Notes under the pieces: model-generated
The model's input: the letters and a program-made list of their open reading frames with translations, nothing else
Told to the model about the DNA's origin: nothing
The model's database searches: none
Source of the DNA: Chrysomallon squamiferum
Lineage: Eukaryota > Animalia > Mollusca
Assembly (NCBI GenBank): GCA_012295275.1
Contig: CM022671.1
Span: 32,736,001 to 32,800,000, forward strand
Length of the DNA: 64,000 bases
Direction of reading: 5' to 3'
Position numbers and translations under genes: made by a program
Shown: in pieces, positions 61,518-64,000 of the stretch
Numbering within the stretch: the first letter of the stretch is position 1
Layout: the number at the start of each line of letters is the position of its first letter

Positions 61518-63528
61518 TCGACAGAGGCGCTGAAAGAAAGAGATATAATAAACATGGCAAAACATACTATTTTAATAATTATTAAATAAGTTAGACGCAA
61601 TTTTTACGTTATAAATATTTAATATTTTACTGTCAGCCATTAATGCATCCTCAGTTACTGATATGGCGAAAGATGAATAAATAAAGAAAAAAATAGAGAA
61701 AGTAGATAGGTACAGCCATTTACTTGTTTTTCTTTTATGATAATTTTTGTTTATTTTACGATTATTTTTCTTTTCATTTCTTTTATTTAATAGCTGTTAG
61801 TGCTGGGTTTTGAATTATTTATTTTTAATATAATCATTGCAACAGATATTATAACATCAAATGTAATTTGTACATTATATATACGCGTATATTTAGTATT
61901 TCATTGTCATCCCATTATTGTATTCTGAATTAGTGATGTGAAAAGAGGTGAATAAATAAAGAAAAATATATAAATAGATAGCAAGATAGCAGAGAGACAA
62001 CTCGCTTACGCTATTTTCATAGTTCGCGCGCACTGGTGTTGTCCTCACCAGACCGGAGCTACTCACTCGCCGCATTGTTTACGTGTCGAGTAGCCACTTG
62101 TGTATCGTCAGTTTTCTTTATGTTTTAAATTTTAAAATGTTTATGCCTAATTATTTACGTATTTAGATGCCTTGGTACCAGAAAATCGGAAAATCAAGAA
62201 ATCGGAATGCCTCAGGCCCCAATGAGTCTGGTTAATCGGTCCTGTACCCGTACTACTACGAATAATAGTGAATTTTGAACAATACTGAACTAATTATGAG
62301 TGCTAAGTCTAAATACGTACAGTTAATACAGTTTCAAATAAGCGAATGTTTATTTATTATTAACATTTTCTGATCTCGAGAGATAAACAAGAAATTCGTA
62401 TTATTCTTAATATTTATTTCAAAATTTTGTGTCACGTTTCATGTTTATTATATGTATCCATTCAGAATAACTTGTCATAAAAGTGTGTTCTTCTTCTAAA
62501 AAAATATTATTATTATTATTATTATTATAGTGGTAGTGCCGGCAGTTGCTGTTGTTGATGTCGTTGGTAATGCATCATTATTATTACGAACACATCTTAG
62601 AATATGACGAAAGCAGATTCCCCATTGAATTATCAACATTCTTACGTTACGGTTACAAATGTGGATACTATATTAGATCGCTCATCTCAGCAGATCATGA
62701 TTCAATGCTGGCGAACCCAGAAATGTTCATCCATTCCGAGGAATGTTTGGTTAAACATTTTGTGGGATACTGTTGACGTGATTCATTTTAAGCTGCTAAA
62801 AAAAAAAAAAAAAAAAAAAAAGAAAGACTTATCGTTATCAGTAACAAATGGTTTGCGTTTCACGAGAATAAATTACGGATCCCACACATCGCTATTCAGT
62901 CTTCAAAGACTGAAAAACTGCAAAACATTCTTCAGCATCCTACTCATTTTCCGGATCTTGCCTTATCTGATTACGAACTATTCCGAAGTTTTCACCACGA
63001 TATAAAACAGCATAAGAGATCAAAAGTAAATTCTCTGTATTCTTTTTATTCACCAAATAATTTCATAGCTTGAAAGGGTCGGTGTATGATTAAATAAAAA
63101 TTAATACATTTGACTCACACTGCTTTATTTAAACCTAATTTTGACACGTCAGTTGCCGCATTAAATATTTATAATGTACAAATTGCATTAGACTTATTTA
63201 ATAATTAACTATTAAAAATAAATATTTCAAAACATAACACTACCTCATACTAAAAAAACCAGTAAAATAACTTACTCTATTTCAGGTGTTTTATGGTTTC
63301 GATAAGGAACAATCGTACGGAACTTCAAGCTTATGAATTCCTTTATGGCAGCAGAGCAACGTCTCGATTTATCCACTGTTGTGAACATTTCTGAATGGGA
63401 CGACATATCTCAGTCCACAGAAAAATAAAATAAAATAAAACAAATAAATAAAAATAAGACAAGAATTAATTGGGCTATTTCAAGACACTCACACATTACA
63501 TACATATATATTACATGAATTTGTTCAC

Positions 63529-63559
<31 letters not shown>

Positions 63560-63730
63560 AATGCATATACCTTTCCTGTAAGGTTTTGAACGCGTTTTCC
63601 TATCTAAAAGTTCGTTTATCAGTTCATCTTCGTCACCATTCTCTCCAGGATGTCGTTTTTCACCAACTCTGTCATCACTAATTGCACGGGCCAACTTTCG
63701 CTGTCGTCTTAATCAGCGTTCTCAGCGTTA
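61345..63730 (-). pseudogene. Array copy K, decayed
   Basis: The exon-2 remnant (~63730-63571) has no signal peptide and contains a stop and frameshift, ending ..ELLDRKTRSKPYRK G|GT. Exon 3 (~63420-63276) reads ..RRCSAAIKEFISLKFRTIVPYRNHKTPEI GA|GT. Exon 4 starts at 61380 (GYLNTNNAIVLR) and is cut by the junction with copy J. Confidence 0.75.
62005..62252 (+). mobile_element. MITE-like element, same family as 17046-17705
   Basis: Shares gctattttcatagttcgcg..cactcgccgcattgtttacgtgtcgagt..ggaatgcctcaggcccc and ends in TAATCGGTCCTGTACCCGTA. Confidence 0.8.
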
Positions 63731-63784
63731 GAATTTATAATTATTTTCGAATGAACTAAAAGAGTTATAATAATGAAAACATAC

Positions 63785-63862
63785 CTGTTGACGAAGGTTT
63801 TTAAACGCTTTTTCCTCTCTAGAAATTCATTTTTCACTTCGTCCTCGTCACCATCCTCATCG
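63785..63862 (-). pseudogene. Additional exon-2 remnant of the array family
   Basis: DEDGDEDEVKNEFLERKKRLKTFVN followed by a GTATGT donor; homologous to the propeptide end. Confidence 0.7.
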
Positions 63863-64000
63863 ATAATGTTAAAAATATTTGTTCACGATAGTAAACTGAA
63901 GTCAAGCGAATTAATATTACTTAATCCGACATTGACGGTTTCATTGTTTTTCATTAATTACTTCCTACCAATGATTTATAAACTTTTGAATGTTGAATCT

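Overview
AT-rich, microsatellite-dense animal DNA, most likely from a coleoid cephalopod (octopod); the taxon is inferred from an intronless atypical nAChR-like gene. The first 11 kb holds a decayed Ig/FN3 cell-adhesion gene fragment, a Tc1 relic, an intact intronless Cys-loop receptor of chemotactile-receptor (CR) type (5778-6884), a 47-49 bp minisatellite and two exons of a PRDM7/9-like PR/SET domain. The remaining ~52 kb (11.5-63.9 kb) is a tandem array of a spliced gene family that the ORF track shows only in pieces. By hand-splicing I reconstructed copies A-K plus two fragments. The shared plan is TATA box, non-coding exon 1, exon 2 (signal peptide MKLLFLVVVLTVAxVFTNA, very acidic propeptide, RETR furin site), phase-1 intron, exon 3, phase-2 intron, exon 4. 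The predicted mature products are hypervariable and form two classes: about 95-115 aa strongly cationic Arg/Lys/His/Tyr-rich proteins (A, B, G, H, I) and short His/Asp/Arg/Tyr-rich peptides ending in HH (C-F). This is the layout of antimicrobial-peptide or toxin precursor superfamilies, but I do not recognise the family. The array shows birth-and-death evolution: exon fusion, truncation, inversion, and LINE-associated loss. No database search was possible, so novelty and function are inferences.
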